DNA of 64,000 nucleotides from Felis catus (lineage: Eukaryota). This document shows positions 50,821 through 63,214 of this stretch, piece after piece (within the stretch, counting starts at the first letter, position 1; the number at the start of each line of letters is the position of its first letter). The DNA is taken from contig NC_058383.1 in the NCBI RefSeq assembly GCF_018350175.1, forward strand, positions 16,370,001-16,434,000, given 5' to 3'. Both the position numbers and the translations under genes were made by a program. A model generated the notes under the pieces. That model searched no databases. It saw only the letters and a list, made by a program, of their open reading frames with translations, and was not told the origin of the DNA.

Positions 50821-51190
50821 GGACAGTGTGAATTTTAATTGACTTAATGACTTCCAAAACTGATGGTTTGCCTGGGCCTTGAATTGTCTCTGGGTTCACC
50901 TTTCATCTACTTTCTCCCAGATACTCCAGCAAAGTCTGAAAAGTGTCCTGCAGCAGAGGCAAGTCTTTGGATGTTAGCATTATATCTTGATGTAATGGTC
51001 CTATTTTACTGATGTGAGGAAGGAAAACAGGGACAGGTCTCAGGTTACCATCTCATGATATATTGTGAGGCTATGCAGGTAGCTTTGGTGAAGCACATGA
51101 TAGGTTCATTATTATCCCTCCCACAAGAAGGCAAATTGATCTCTGTAATCAGAAACATATCCAAGTCTTTTCCATGAATCTCTTTGAAGT
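50821..51190 (-). pseudogene. ERV reverse transcriptase remnant (class III-like)
   Basis: DQFAFLWEG at ~51115-51140, VLHQSYLHSLTIYHEMV, and HYI.DIML at 50975-50997. Confidence 0.85.
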
Positions 51191-51209
51191 TGAGGCACTT
51201 TTACAAGAA

Positions 51210-51332
51210 CACTTTTTCTTTTCTTTCCTTTTTCCTTTCCTTTCATTACCTTTCCTCTTCCTTTCTTTCTTTCTTTCTTTCTTTCTTCTTCTTCTTCTTC
51301 TTCTTCTTCTTCTTCTTCTTCTTCTTTCTTCC
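51210..51332. repeat. Pyrimidine tract with (TTTC)n and (TTC)n
   Basis: Read directly from the sequence. Confidence 0.95.
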
Positions 51333-51794
51333 TTGCTAAAGCATCAGAATGAAAAAATAGTTGTCTGCAAATGACAGAAGACTTTAAAATATCCATGGTT
51401 AAAGAACTGGTGAAAGTTCATTATAACGCAGTTGAGCAGATAATTTGGGTATTTCTGTGACATATGTTTTTAAACTATGACTGTAAACATTATTCCAGGA
51501 TATATCAGATTTGAAATATACACTAAAGAAAGTTTAACATCACTTAGTATTTGTTAATGCTTCCCATAAAATGGAATATATGCAAAAAGTTAAACACAGT
51601 TAAAAAAACTGAGTTCTTTTAATAGGGAAGATTCAATATTCTTAATCAAAGATATGATAAAGACTAAACACAGAATCTTTGTTTTCTAGGTAGATTGCAT
51701 TAAAGGTAAATAAAAATATTTGTTTACAATTTCCTATTAAGAAAAGACTAATAATCTAAGAAACTTTTGTCCTTTCAACTGAAAATAATATTCT

Positions 51795-51966
51795 TTTTAA
51801 AAAATTTTTAATGTTAATTTATTTTTGAGAGTGAGAGAGAGACAGAGCACTAGTAGGAGAAGGGCAGAGAGAGAGACACACACAGAATCTGAAGCAGGCT
51901 CCAGGCTCTGAGCTGTCAGTACAGAGCCTGACGTGGGGCTCAAACCCACGAACTGTGAGATCAACA
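51795..51966 (-). mobile_element. Can-SINE lacking its head
   Basis: Reverse SINE tail and body ending abruptly at gtgagatca. Confidence 0.9.
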
Positions 51967-52336
51967 CCTATGCATGTGAGGGGGCCTATGCATGTGTGGG
52001 GACAGTGAGTATATGGAAAATATCTGGACCTTCTCCTTAATTTTTTTATGAATGGTAAACTACTCTAAAAAATAGGTTGAGAGAGAGGGGGAGAGAGAAT
52101 ATCAGGCAAAGGGTACAACAAACCAAAGTACTTCGAGTGGTACTGGCTTGATGAGTTCAAAGAATAGAAAGGAGGCCAATGTGTTGGGAGTCTATTTAGT
52201 GAAGGACAGGGAAATAGTGGATAAAAAGTAGTGGTAAGGTTATGTAAAACTATAAGAAGCAAAAAGAAGTTACAGGTTACAGGTTATAGGTTATGGTAAG
52301 AAGTTACATGTGTTTCTTTGTTTCTTTGTTTGATGA

Positions 52337-52794
52337 GAGGCTGTGCCAAATCCAGTTGTAGAAATAAACAAAGACCATTCACGATATCAGAGTCAACAGA
52401 GTTTGCTGTAGCAAGAGAATCAGCCACTATCTCTTGTATTTGTCAGAGACTCAAAGGCAAGCAGGGAAGTGGGAAAGCTTTATAGTGGAAAAAAAGGAAA
52501 AGGTTCAGACATACTCTGATTGGAGGTCTTTGGCATGGGGAAACTGGAGGCAGAATAACTATGAGAGGGGAATCTTATGTGACAGAGTTGGAGAGTATAT
52601 TCAGTGCTCTCTGGTTGGTCATAAGTCAGAAGATGGGGAAAATATGGGAAAGTTGATAGTCATTGGCCAGGTTTTCACCATTATAAGTCAGTTGCTGTAG
52701 ACAGAGATTGTAGTTTGGATTCCCGGAGTATTGTACATTAGAGTTGTATTATATATTCTCTGTTTATGTTAGATTGTTTATTCAGTCTCTCACA
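52337..52794 (-). mobile_element. Solo LTR (MER89/MER90-like ERV1)
   Basis: tg...ca ends; gggaaagctttatagtggaaaaa and ctgattggagg (TATA and CCAAT on the minus strand). Family from recall. Confidence 0.55.
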
Positions 52795-53579
52795 GTTTAT
52801 GTGCCTTCCTGTATTTTCTCAGCAATGGTTTTCTGCTTGAAGCTAATGGAAGCATTTCAGAAAGATATTCTAGTACCACCTGAATTCTTATAGGCCATAG
52901 AATAGAGATTTTAATATTCCCCAGAGGAAGATTCTTTGGGATCTATTACTGGTTTCAGGGTATCACAGGGGCCACACCATTGTGATGCACTGACTACTTA
53001 TCCAAGCACTGGCCTATTGTTCCAAGTCTTCCATATTGCTCATTGGCATGACCCAATAATATTCTGTCTCCCACTTCCTAGATAGGCTTCCTTGATGTTT
53101 TGTGTGAAAAGTGTTGTGAAAACACTGGGCATCTCTACATGTGCACCAGTTTTCCAGGAGACTTGCAAGGCTGTGGGTGAGATGCTGGGGAACAGCACTG
53201 AATGAGCACTAATTCATGCTGTGGATACTGCTGCATTTCTCTTGGGAACTTACCCCATGGTTGTAACAGCACTCCAGCTTGTCTTAAGCATTAACTTTCT
53301 TCAAGTTAACACACTCCTTGCTTGCTGACCTAAGGCCCTTAATTTGTAGCACAACTAATTTACTTTCTTTGAGATTTACAGACCATTGGCCTTGGGGAAT
53401 GAAGGGCCACAACTTTCCCAGGTCACAGAGGCCAGCAAGTCTGTTTGAAGCCACCTTGGGTTTCTGATAAGCTCAGCAATCTTTTAGCAAAATGTTTTTC
53501 TTTTTTAAGGTCACACAAATAAATTTTCTGACCCCCCTTTGCCCATCTGTAGACTTTGCACTCCTTTACAGAAAGAATA

Positions 53580-54170
53580 AGATATTCTTGCACAACCCCC
53601 AGGTGCCAAGGACCAGGCATTCTTGTACAACCCCTATCCTGGGCACTAAAGAACTAGACCTTCTTACACAACATTTGAGCATAAGGATAACTCGGTAGCT
53701 GGTATAATCAAGTCTGTATGTAATTGAGAAATGTCATAGACCACTGCACTCCTTTAACTGTTTAAACCCTTAAAAATCTCTGGGGCGCCTGGGTGGCGCA
53801 GTCGGTTAAGCGTCCGACTTCAGCCAGGTCACGATCTCGCGGTCCGTGAGTTCGAGCCCCGCGTCGGGCTCTGGGCTGATGGCTCAGAGCCTGGAGCCTG
53901 TTTCCGATTCTGTGTCTCCCTCTCTCTCTTCCCCTCCCCCGTTCATGCTCTGTCTCTCTCTGTCCCAAAAATAAATAAACGTTGAAAAAAAAAATTAAAA
54001 AAAAAATCTTTGGGCCAGGTAGAACCATAGAGTTGGCTTTTGGACAAAAGCCTGCCTTCTCCCCAGGTTGTCAGCCTGCTGAATAAGGCTCATATTCCTT
54101 TCCAATCAAAACTTGTCTCCCGAGTGTTGGCCTTTTGAAAGATAGGCAACCAAACTTGGGTTCAGTAACA
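53580..54170 (+). mobile_element. Carnivore ERV1-type LTR (5' edge uncertain) interrupted by a SINE
   Basis: 3' portion ctgaataagg...cctttccaatcaaaacttgtctcccgagtgttggc...gggttcagtaaca is typical of an LTR R/U5 end. Confidence 0.55.
53782..54001 (+). mobile_element. Young Can-SINE
   Basis: CpG-rich, near-consensus body; TSD aaaaatct(c/t)t. Confidence 0.96.
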
Positions 54171-54399
54171 TGGTGGCCTGTAGGTAATGTGAGAAGCAAC
54201 CAGCAAATGTGAGGAGTTGAAGCTCCAATGAGTGAACCGTAACCAGGAAAATGTAAGAAAAAGGGCAGAGGTCATATATCAGTTCTCTATTTCTTTCCAC
54301 TCTCACGAACTTTTGTGAAATGCAATAATTTATAAATCATCTAGTTTATCTGGAAATGTGCCATAATATGGAATAAAAATGATTTTACTGAATTGGAAT

Positions 54400-56345
54400 G
54401 TGAGACTCAGCTGGCCACTTTGGGGTACTATGCCACTGAGCCAAGAGGCAAAAGAGAGAGGGAGAGAGAGAGAGGATTAATTTAGTGAGTAGCGTGATTG
54501 ATCTAGATTACCAAGAAGAAATTGGATTGTTGCTATACAATACAAAAAGGACTACATATGCAACCTGGAATTCTCTGAAAGTGCTTCTTAGTACTTTCAT
54601 GGTCAAGAGTGAAGTGCAGCAACCAAGAGGAAGACGAAAAAAAAAAAAAGAGGAAGATGAAGGAGGAGAAGAAGAAGAGGAGGAGGAGGAAAAGAATAAA
54701 GGCAAAAAAATAATCCAGTTAAGAAATGGGCAGAAAACATGAATAGACATTTTTTTCCAAAGAAGACATCCAGATGGCTAACAGACACATGAAAATATGC
54801 TCAACGTCACTCATCATCAGGGAAATACAAATCAAAATCACAATGGGATACCACCTCACACCTGTCAGAATGGCTAAAATTGACAACTCAGGAAACAACA
54901 GATATTGATGAGGATGTGGAGAAAGGGGAACACTTTTGAACTTTTGGAGGGAATGCAAACAGGTGCAGCCACTCTGGAGAACAGAAAGTTCTCAAAAAGT
55001 TAAACATAAAACTACCCTAAGATCCAGCAATTGCACTACTAGGTATTTACCCAAAGGATACAAAAATACAGACTTGAAGGAATACATGCACCCCGATGTT
55101 TATAGCAGCATTATCAATATTGGCCAAACTATGGAGAGAGTCCAATGTTCATCGATTGATTGATGAATGACTAAAGAACATTGGCACACACACGCACACA
55201 CACACACACACACAATGGAATGTTACTGAGCCATAAAAAAGAATGAAATCTTGCCATTTGCACTGACATAGCTGGAGTGTGTTGTGCTAAGTGAAATAAG
55301 TCAGTCAGAGAAAGGTAAATACCACAAGATTTCACTCAAATGTGGAATTTAAGAAACAAAATAGATTGACATACTGGAGGGAGGATAAGAGAGGGAAAAA
55401 AACCATGAGATATTCTTAACAATAGAGAACTGAGGGTTGATGGAGGGAGTTAGGTGGAGGATGGGTTAGATAGGTGGTGGGTATTAATAAGGAGGGCACT
55501 GGTTATCATGAGCACTGGGTGTTGTATGTAATTGATGAAACACTGAGTTCTACTCCTGAAACCAATATTGCACTGTCTATTAACTAACTAGAATTTAAAT
55601 TAAAGTTTGAAAAAGAAAAGAAAAAAGAGGCAAAACGATTGAGAACTCAAACCTTTCAGGAATGAAGATTTGGGTTACTTAACCAGGTAAAGAACATAGA
55701 GCAACTCAGCTTCTGACAAAAAGCAAGAAAAATGTGGAAAGGGTTGAAGAATGAAGCAGTGAATATCAACTATGACCTCATGACCAATTACAGAATAAAA
55801 AGGACTGTAGTGTCTTTGCACATTTTTTCTTTGCTTGAAATATGTATGTTTATTTGTGTACAACAATAGTTTTATTCTCTACCTTCCCCATTTTATTTTA
55901 TATACAACTTGTTGGAGGTTAAAGCAACAATTTATTCATTAGGAAACTAAGTATTCAGTGTGACTGTGACTATATTTGAGAAGTAATGAATCTGAGCCAG
56001 CAATGGATACAGTTACTTTTGGAATTGTACATTTCCTCATTTTAGGGAAAGGATAAGAACCTCTTCATTCGTAAGAAAGAAATATGTATCTTGTTAGATG
56101 ACTATATGAAATTGTTTTGTTGATATGTAGGAGTTCAAACATATATTCAAGGGTGTGTATGAAAATTGAATAGTCAAAGGGGTAGAGTATGCTAGTTATC
56201 AATGTGTTTCCTCTCAACTCTGAGTTCACTCTTCATTTTCAGCGCTGTGAAAATTTATATTGACCTTTTAAGTATTTTTCCTTTTCCAGCCAGTGTATTA
56301 AGCTTTAGCAGTAGAAGGCACTGGAGAAGCATTGCAGAAGGAAGG
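54400..56345 (+). mobile_element. ERV-L pol 3' remnant (dUTPase and downstream pol C-terminus), PPT and start of an LTR33-like LTR; split by an L1
   Basis: GHFG..., VIDLDYQEEIGLLLYN at 54494-54541, SGMKIWVT at ~55655, YQL*PHDQLQ at ~55765. PPT-like caaaggggtagag at ~56175 precedes tgctagttatc. Confidence 0.75.
54640..55626 (+). mobile_element. 5'-truncated L1
   Basis: [14 protein letters not shown] ORF2 end, 3'UTR and A tail; purine-rich low-complexity 5' junction. Confidence 0.9.
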
Positions 56346-56399
56346 GAAATTTGTTAAGAATTGCAGTTTTTAAAATTTCCTAAATATTTGGCTTAATTA

Positions 56400-56910
56400 A
56401 AGAAAACTGGTGAAAAAGACAAACAAATATAGAAATCCTGTGTTCATTAATTGGAAAACTTAATATTGTTAAGATGTAAATATTACTCAAAATGATCTCC
56501 AGATTCAAGTAATCCCTACCAAAATTTACACGTATTTCCAAATATAGAAAAATTTGTCCTAAAATTCATATAGAGTCTTCAGAGCCCTATAAAGGCAAAA
56601 AAAAAAAAAATCTTAAAAATAGGAAAAGCTCAGAGATCTCACAGTTCTTGACCTCACAACTTATTACAAAGCTACAGTAATCAAAGCAGCATGGCACTGG
56701 CATAAAGGAAAACATATAGACCAATGAAATAGAATAGGGAAATAAACCCTCACATATATAATCAAATAATTTTCAACTACAATCCTGAGAACTTTCAATA
56801 GGGGGAAAGAACAAACTTTTCAACAATTGTGTTGGGAAAATGGGGTACTCACATATCAGAGAATAAAGTTGCACCCTAACCTTCCACCATGTAGAAAAAT
56901 TAATTCAAAA
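56400..56910 (+). mobile_element. Old L1 ORF2 fragment (resumes at 63074-63212)
   Basis: [19 protein letters not shown] and KINSK motifs, continuing as KDLNVR after the nested L1. Confidence 0.85.
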
Positions 56911-59900
56911 ACATTTTTTAGATATATGAAATTTATTGTCAAATTAGTTTCTATACAACACCCAGTGCTCGTTCCAAAAGATGCCCTCTTCAATACCCAC
57001 ACCCACCCTCTCCTCCCTCCCTCCCCCCATCAGCCCTCAGTTTTTTTCTCATTTTTTAAGAGTCTCTTATGTTTTGGCTCTCTCCCACTCTAACCTCTCT
57101 CTCTTTTTTTTTTCTTTCCCCTCCCTCATGGGTTCCTGTTAAGTTTCTCAGGATCCACCTAAGAGTGAAAACATATGGTATCTGTCTTTCTCTGTATGGC
57201 TTATTTCACTTAGCATAACACTCTCCAGTGCTGTCCATGTTGCCTCAAAGGGCCATATTTCATTCTTTCTCATTGCCACATAGTACTCCATTGTGTATAT
57301 AAACCACAATTTATTTATCCATTCATCAGTTGATGCACATTTAGGCTCTTTCCATAATTTAGCTATTGTTGAGAGTGCTGCTATAAACACTGGGGTACAA
57401 GTGCCCCTATGCATCAGTACTCCCGTATCCTTTGGGTAAATTCCTAGCAGTGTTACTGCTGGGTCATAGGGTAGATCTATTTTTAATTTTTTGAGGAACC
57501 TCCACACGGTTTTCCAGAGTGGCTGCACCAGTTTGCATTCCCACCAACAGTGCAAGAGGGTTCCCATTTCTCCACATCTTCTCCAGCATGTAAAGTCTCC
57601 TAATTTGTTCATTTTGGCCACTCTGACTGGCGTGAGGAGATATCTGAGTGTGTTTTGATTTGTATTTCCCTGATGAGGAGTGACATTGAGCATCTTTTCA
57701 TGTGCCTGTTGGCCATCCGGATGTCTTCTTTAGAGAAGTGTCTATTCATGTTTTCTGCTGATTTCTTCACTGGATTATTTGTTTTTCGAGTGTGGAGTTT
57801 GGTGAGCTCTTTATAGATTTTGGATACTAGCCCTTTGTCCAATTTGCAAAAAGATTTACAAATATCTTTTCCCAATCCGTTGGTTGCCGTTTAGTTTTGT
57901 TGACTGTTTCCTTTGCAGTGCAGAAGCTTTTTATCTTCATGAGGTCCTAATAGTTCATTTTTGCTTTTAATTCCCTTGCCTTTGGGGATGTGTCAAGTAA
58001 GAAATTGCTACGGCTGAGGTCAGAGAGGTATTTTCCTGCTTTCTCCTCTAGGGTTTTGATGGTTTCCTGTCTCACATTCAGGTCCTTTATCCATTTTGAG
58101 TTTATTTTTGTGAATGGTGTGAGAAAGTGGTCTAGTTTCATTATTCTGCATGTTGCTGTCCAGTTCTCCCAGCACCGTTTGTTAAAGAGACTGTCTTTTT
58201 TCCATTGGATATTCTTTCCTGCTTTGTCAAAGATTAGTTGGCCATACTTTTGTGGGTCCAATTCTGGAGTCTCTATTCTATTCCATTGGTCTATGTGTCT
58301 GTTTTTGTGCCCATACCATGCTGTCTTGATGATTATAGCTTTGTAGTAGAGGCTAAAGTCTGGGATTGTGATGCCTCCCACTTTGGTCTTCTTCTTCAAA
58401 ATTACTTTGGCTATTCGGGGTCTTTTGTGGTTCCATACGAATTTTAGGATTGCTTGTTCTAGTTTCGAGAAGAATGCTGGTGCAATTTTGATTGGGATTG
58501 CATTGAATGTGTAGATAGCTTTGGGTAGTATTGACATTTTGACAATATTTATTCTTCCAGTCCATGAGCATGGAATGTTTTTCCATTTCTTTATGTCTTC
58601 TTCAATTTCCTTCATAAGCTTTCTGTAGTTTTCAGCATACAGATCTTTTACATTTTTGGTTAGGTTTATCCCTAGGTATTTTATGCTTCTTGGTGCAATT
58701 GTGAAAGGGATCAGTTTCTTTATTTGTCTTTCTGTTGCTTCATTATTAGTGTATAAGAATTCAACTGATTTCTGTATATTAATTTTGTATCCTGCCATTT
58801 TGCTGAACCCATGTATCAGTTCTAGCAGACTTTTGGTGGAGTCTATTGGGTTTTCCGTGTATAATATCATGTCATCTGCAAAAAGTGAAAGCTTAACTTC
58901 ATCTTTGCCAATTTTGATGCCTTTGATTTCCTTTTGTTGTCTGATTGCTGATGCTAGAACTTCCAACACTATGTTAAACAACAGCAGTGAGCGTGGACAT
59001 CCCTGTTGTGTTCCTGATCTTATGGAAAAAGCTCTCAGTTTTTCCTCATTAGGATGATGTTAGCTGTGGGCTTTACATAAATGACTTTTATGATGTTTAA
59101 GTATGTTCTTTCTATCCCGACTTTCTTGAGGGTTTTTATTAAGAAACGATGCCGAATTGTGTCAAATGCTTTTTCTGCATCGATTGACAGGATCATATGG
59201 TTCTTTTATTTACTTTTATTAATGCGATGTGTCACATTGATTGATTTGCAAATGTTGAACCAGCCCTGCATCCCAGGAATGAATCCCACTTGATCATGGT
59301 GAATAATTCTTTTTTTATGCTGTTGAATTTGATTTGTTAGTATCTTATTGAGAATTTTTTGCATCCATATTCATCAGGGATATTGGCCTGTAGTTCTCTT
59401 TTTTTACTGGGTCTCTGTCTGGTTTAGGAATCAAAGTAATACTGGCTTCATAGAATGAGTCTGGAAGTTTTCCTTCCCTTTCTATTTTTTGGAATATCTT
59501 GAGAAGGATAGGTATTATCTCTGCTTTAAATGTCTGGTAGAATTCCCCTGGGAAGCCATCTGGTCCTGGACTCTTATTTGTTGGGAGATTTTTGATGACT
59601 GATTTAATTTCTTCGGTGGTTATGGGTCTGTTCAAGCTTTCTATTTCATCCTGATTGAGTTTTGGAAGTGTGTGGGTGTTTAGGAATTTGTGCATTTCTT
59701 CCAGGTTGTCCAGTTTTTTGGCATGTAATTTTTCATAGTATTCCCTGATAATTGCTTGTATTTCTGAGGGATTGGTTGTAATAATTCCATTTTCACTCAT
59801 GATTTTATCCATTTGTGTCCTCTCCCTTTTCTTTTTGAGAAGACTGGCTAGAGGTTTATCAATTTTGTTTATTTTTTCAAAAAAAACAACTCTTGGTTTC

Positions 59901-59953
59901 ATTGATCTGCTTTACAGTTTTTTTTAGATTCTATAGTGTTTATTTCTTTTTTT

Positions 59954-59992
<39 letters not shown>

Positions 59993-62900
59993 TTTTTGGG
60001 ACAGAGAGAGACAGAGCATGAATGGGGGAGGGGCAGAGAGAGAGGGAGACACAGAATTGGAAACAGGCTCCAGGCTCCGAGCCATCAGCCCAGAGCCCGA
60101 CGCGGGGCTCGAACTCACGGACCGCGAGATCGTGACCTGGCTGAAGTCGGATGCTTAACCGACTGCGCCACCCAGGCGCCCCTATATTGTTTATTTCTGC
60201 TCTAATCTCTATTATTTCTCCTCTTCTTCTGGGTTTGGGGTGTCTTTGCTGTTCTGCTTCCAGTTCCTTTAGGTGTGCTGTTAGATTTTGTATTGGGGAT
60301 TTTTCTTGTTTCTTGAGATAGGCCTGGATTGCAATGTATTTTCCTCTCAGGACTGCCTTCGCTGCATCCCAAAGCGTTTGGATTGTTGTATTTTCATTTT
60401 TGTTTGTTTCCATATATTTTTAAATTTCTTCTCTAATTGCCTGGTTGACTCATTCATTCTTTAGTAGGGTGTTCTTTAACCTCCATGTTTTTGTAGGTTT
60501 TCCAGACTTTTTCCTGTGGTTGATTTCAAGCTTCATAGCATTGTAGCCTGAAAGTATGCATGGTATGATCTCAATTCTTGTATACTTATGAAGGGCTGTT
60601 TTGTGACCCAGTATGTCATCTATCTTGGAGATGGTTCCATGTGCACTCGAGAAGAAAGTATATTGTGTTGCTTTGGGATGCAGAGTTCTAAATATGTCTG
60701 TCAAGTCCATCTGATCCAATGTATCATTCAGTGCCCTTGTTTCTTTATTGACCGTGTGTCTAGATGATCTATCCATTGCTATGAGTGGGGTGTTAAAGTC
60801 ACTGCAATTACCACATTCTTATCAATAAGGTTGCTTATGTTTGTGAGGAATTGTTTTATATATCTGGGGGCTCCCGTATTCAGTGCATAGACATTTATAA
60901 TTGTTAGCTCTTCCTGATGGATAGACCTTGTAATTATTACATAATGCCCTTCTTCATCTCTTGTTTCAGCCTTTAATTTAAATTCTAGTTTGTGTGATAT
61001 AAGTATGGCTACTCCAGCTCTCTTTTGACTTCCAGTAGCATGATAAATAGTTCTCCATCCCCTCACTTTCAATCTGAAGGTGTCCTCAAGTCTAAAATGA
61101 GTCTCTTGTAGACAGAAAATAGATGGGTCTTGTTTTTTTTAATCCATTCTGATACCCTGTGTCTTTTGGTTGGTGCATTTAGTCCATTTACGTTCAGTGT
61201 TATTATAGATAGATATAAGTTTAGAGTCATTGTGATGTCTGTAGGTTTCATGCTTGTAGCAATGTCTCTGGTACTTTGTCTCACAGGATCCCCCTTAGGA
61301 TCTCTTGTAGGGCTGGTTTAGTGGTGATGGATTCCTTCAGTTTTTGTATGTTTGGGAAGACTTTTATCTCTCCTTCTATGCTAAATGACAGATTTGCTGG
61401 ATAAAGGATTCTAGGCTGCATTTTTTTTCTATTCATCACATTGAAGATTTCCTGCCATTCCTTTCTGGCCTGCCAAGTTTCAGTAGAGAGATCCGTCATG
61501 AGTCTTAGTGGTCTCCCTTTATATGTTAGAGCACGTTTATCCCTAGCTGCTTTCAGAATTTTCTCTTTATCGCTGTATTTTGCCAGTTTCACTATGACAT
61601 GTCTCACAGAAGATCGATTCAAGTTACGTCTGAAGGGAGTTCTCTATGCCTTTTGGATTTCAATGTCTTTTTCCTTTCCCAGATCCGGGAAGTTCTCAGC
61701 TAGAATTTCTTCAGCACCTTTCCCTCTCTCTTCCTCCTCTGGAATACCAATTATGTGTAGATTATTTCTCTTTAGTGCATCACTTAGTTCTCTAATTTTC
61801 CCCTCATACTCCTGGATTTTTTTAATCTCTTTTTCTCAGCTTCCTCTTTTTCCATGATTTTATCTTTTAGTTCACCTATTCTCTCCTCTGCCTCTTCAAT
61901 CCGAGCTGTGATTGTCTCCATTTTATTTTGCAGCTCTTATAGCATTTTTTAGCTCCTCCTGGCTGTTCTTTAGTCCCTTGATCTCTGTAGCAATAGATTC
62001 CCTGCTGTCCCCTATACTGTTTTCAAGCCCAGTGATTAATTTTATGACTATTATTCTAAATTCACTTTCTGTTATATTGTTTAAATCGTTTTTGATCAGT
62101 TCGTTAGCTGTTGTTATTTCCTGGACGTTTTTCTGAGGGGAATTCTTCCGTTTCGTCATTTTGGATAGTCCCTGGAGTGGTGCAGGACTGCGGGGCACTT
62201 CCCCTGTGCTGTCTTGAATAACCTGCGTTGGTGGGTGGGGCCTCAGTCAGACCTGATGTCTGCCCCCAGCCCACCGCTGGGACCACAGTCAGACTTGTGT
62301 ACCTTCTCTTCCCCTCTCCTAAGAATGGAATTCACTGTGGGGTGGCGTGACCCGTCTGGGCTACTTGCATACTGCCAAGCTTGAGGTGCTGGGGATCTGG
62401 TGTATTAGCTGGGGTGGATGGGCAAGGTGCACAGGGGCAGGAGGGGCAGGCTCAGCTCACTTATCCTTCAGTGATCCACTTCAGGAGGGGCCCTGCAGCA
62501 CCAGGAGGGAGTCAGACCTGCCGCCGGAGGGATGGATCCACAGAAGCACAGCGATGGGTGTTTACGTGGTGCAAGCAAGTTCCCTGCAGGAACTGGTTCC
62601 CTTTGGGATTTTGGCTGGGGGATGGGCGAGGGAGATGGCGCTGGTGAGCGCCTTTGTTCCCCGCCAAACTGAGCTCTGTTGTCTCGGTGCTCAACAACTC
62701 TCCTTCCCGTTGTCCTCCAGCCATCCCGCTCTCCGAGCAGAGTTGTTAGCTTATAACCTTCCAGATGTTAAGTCCCACTTGCTGCCCGAACACACTCCAT
62801 CTGACCCCTCCGCTTTTGCCAGCCAGACTCAGGGCCTCTGCTTGGCCAGCAGGCTGCCCCTCTGCCCCAGCTCCCTCCTGCCAGTCCGTGTAGCACGCAC

Positions 62901-63073
62901 CACCTCTCCGCCCTTCCTACCCTCTTCCATGGGCCTCTCGTCTACGCTTGGCTCCAGAGAATCCATTCTTCTGGTGATTTTCTGGGTTATTTAGGCAAGT
63001 GTGGGTGGAATCTATGTGATCAGCAGGACACAGTGAGCCCAGCGTCCTATGCCGCCATCTTTCTCCCCCAGCC
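56911..63073 (-). mobile_element. Full-length felid L1 (disrupted) with 14-bp TSD and a nested SINE at 59948-60182
   Basis: TSD aaattaattcaaaa at 56897-56910 and 63074-63087. 5'UTR with AAGATGGCGGC, ORF1 and ORF2 fragments (344 aa, 185 aa, 181 aa). SINE TSD tata(g/t)tgtttatttct. Confidence 0.97.
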
Positions 63074-63214
63074 AAATTAATTCAAAATTGATAAAAGACC
63101 TAAATGTGAGAGTTAAAATTATAAAACTCTTAGAAGAAACAATAGGAGTACAACCTCATGATGTGTTCCTGGAAATGATTTCTTGTATTTGACGTCAAAA
63201 GCACAGGCAACAGA

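Noticed and set aside
51112..51396. Glu/Lys-rich ORFs here and at 54485-54742
   Set aside because: Translations of simple purine repeats fused to ERV remnants.
52800..53580. Possible ERV gag remnant
   Set aside because: No convincing gag motif could be read.
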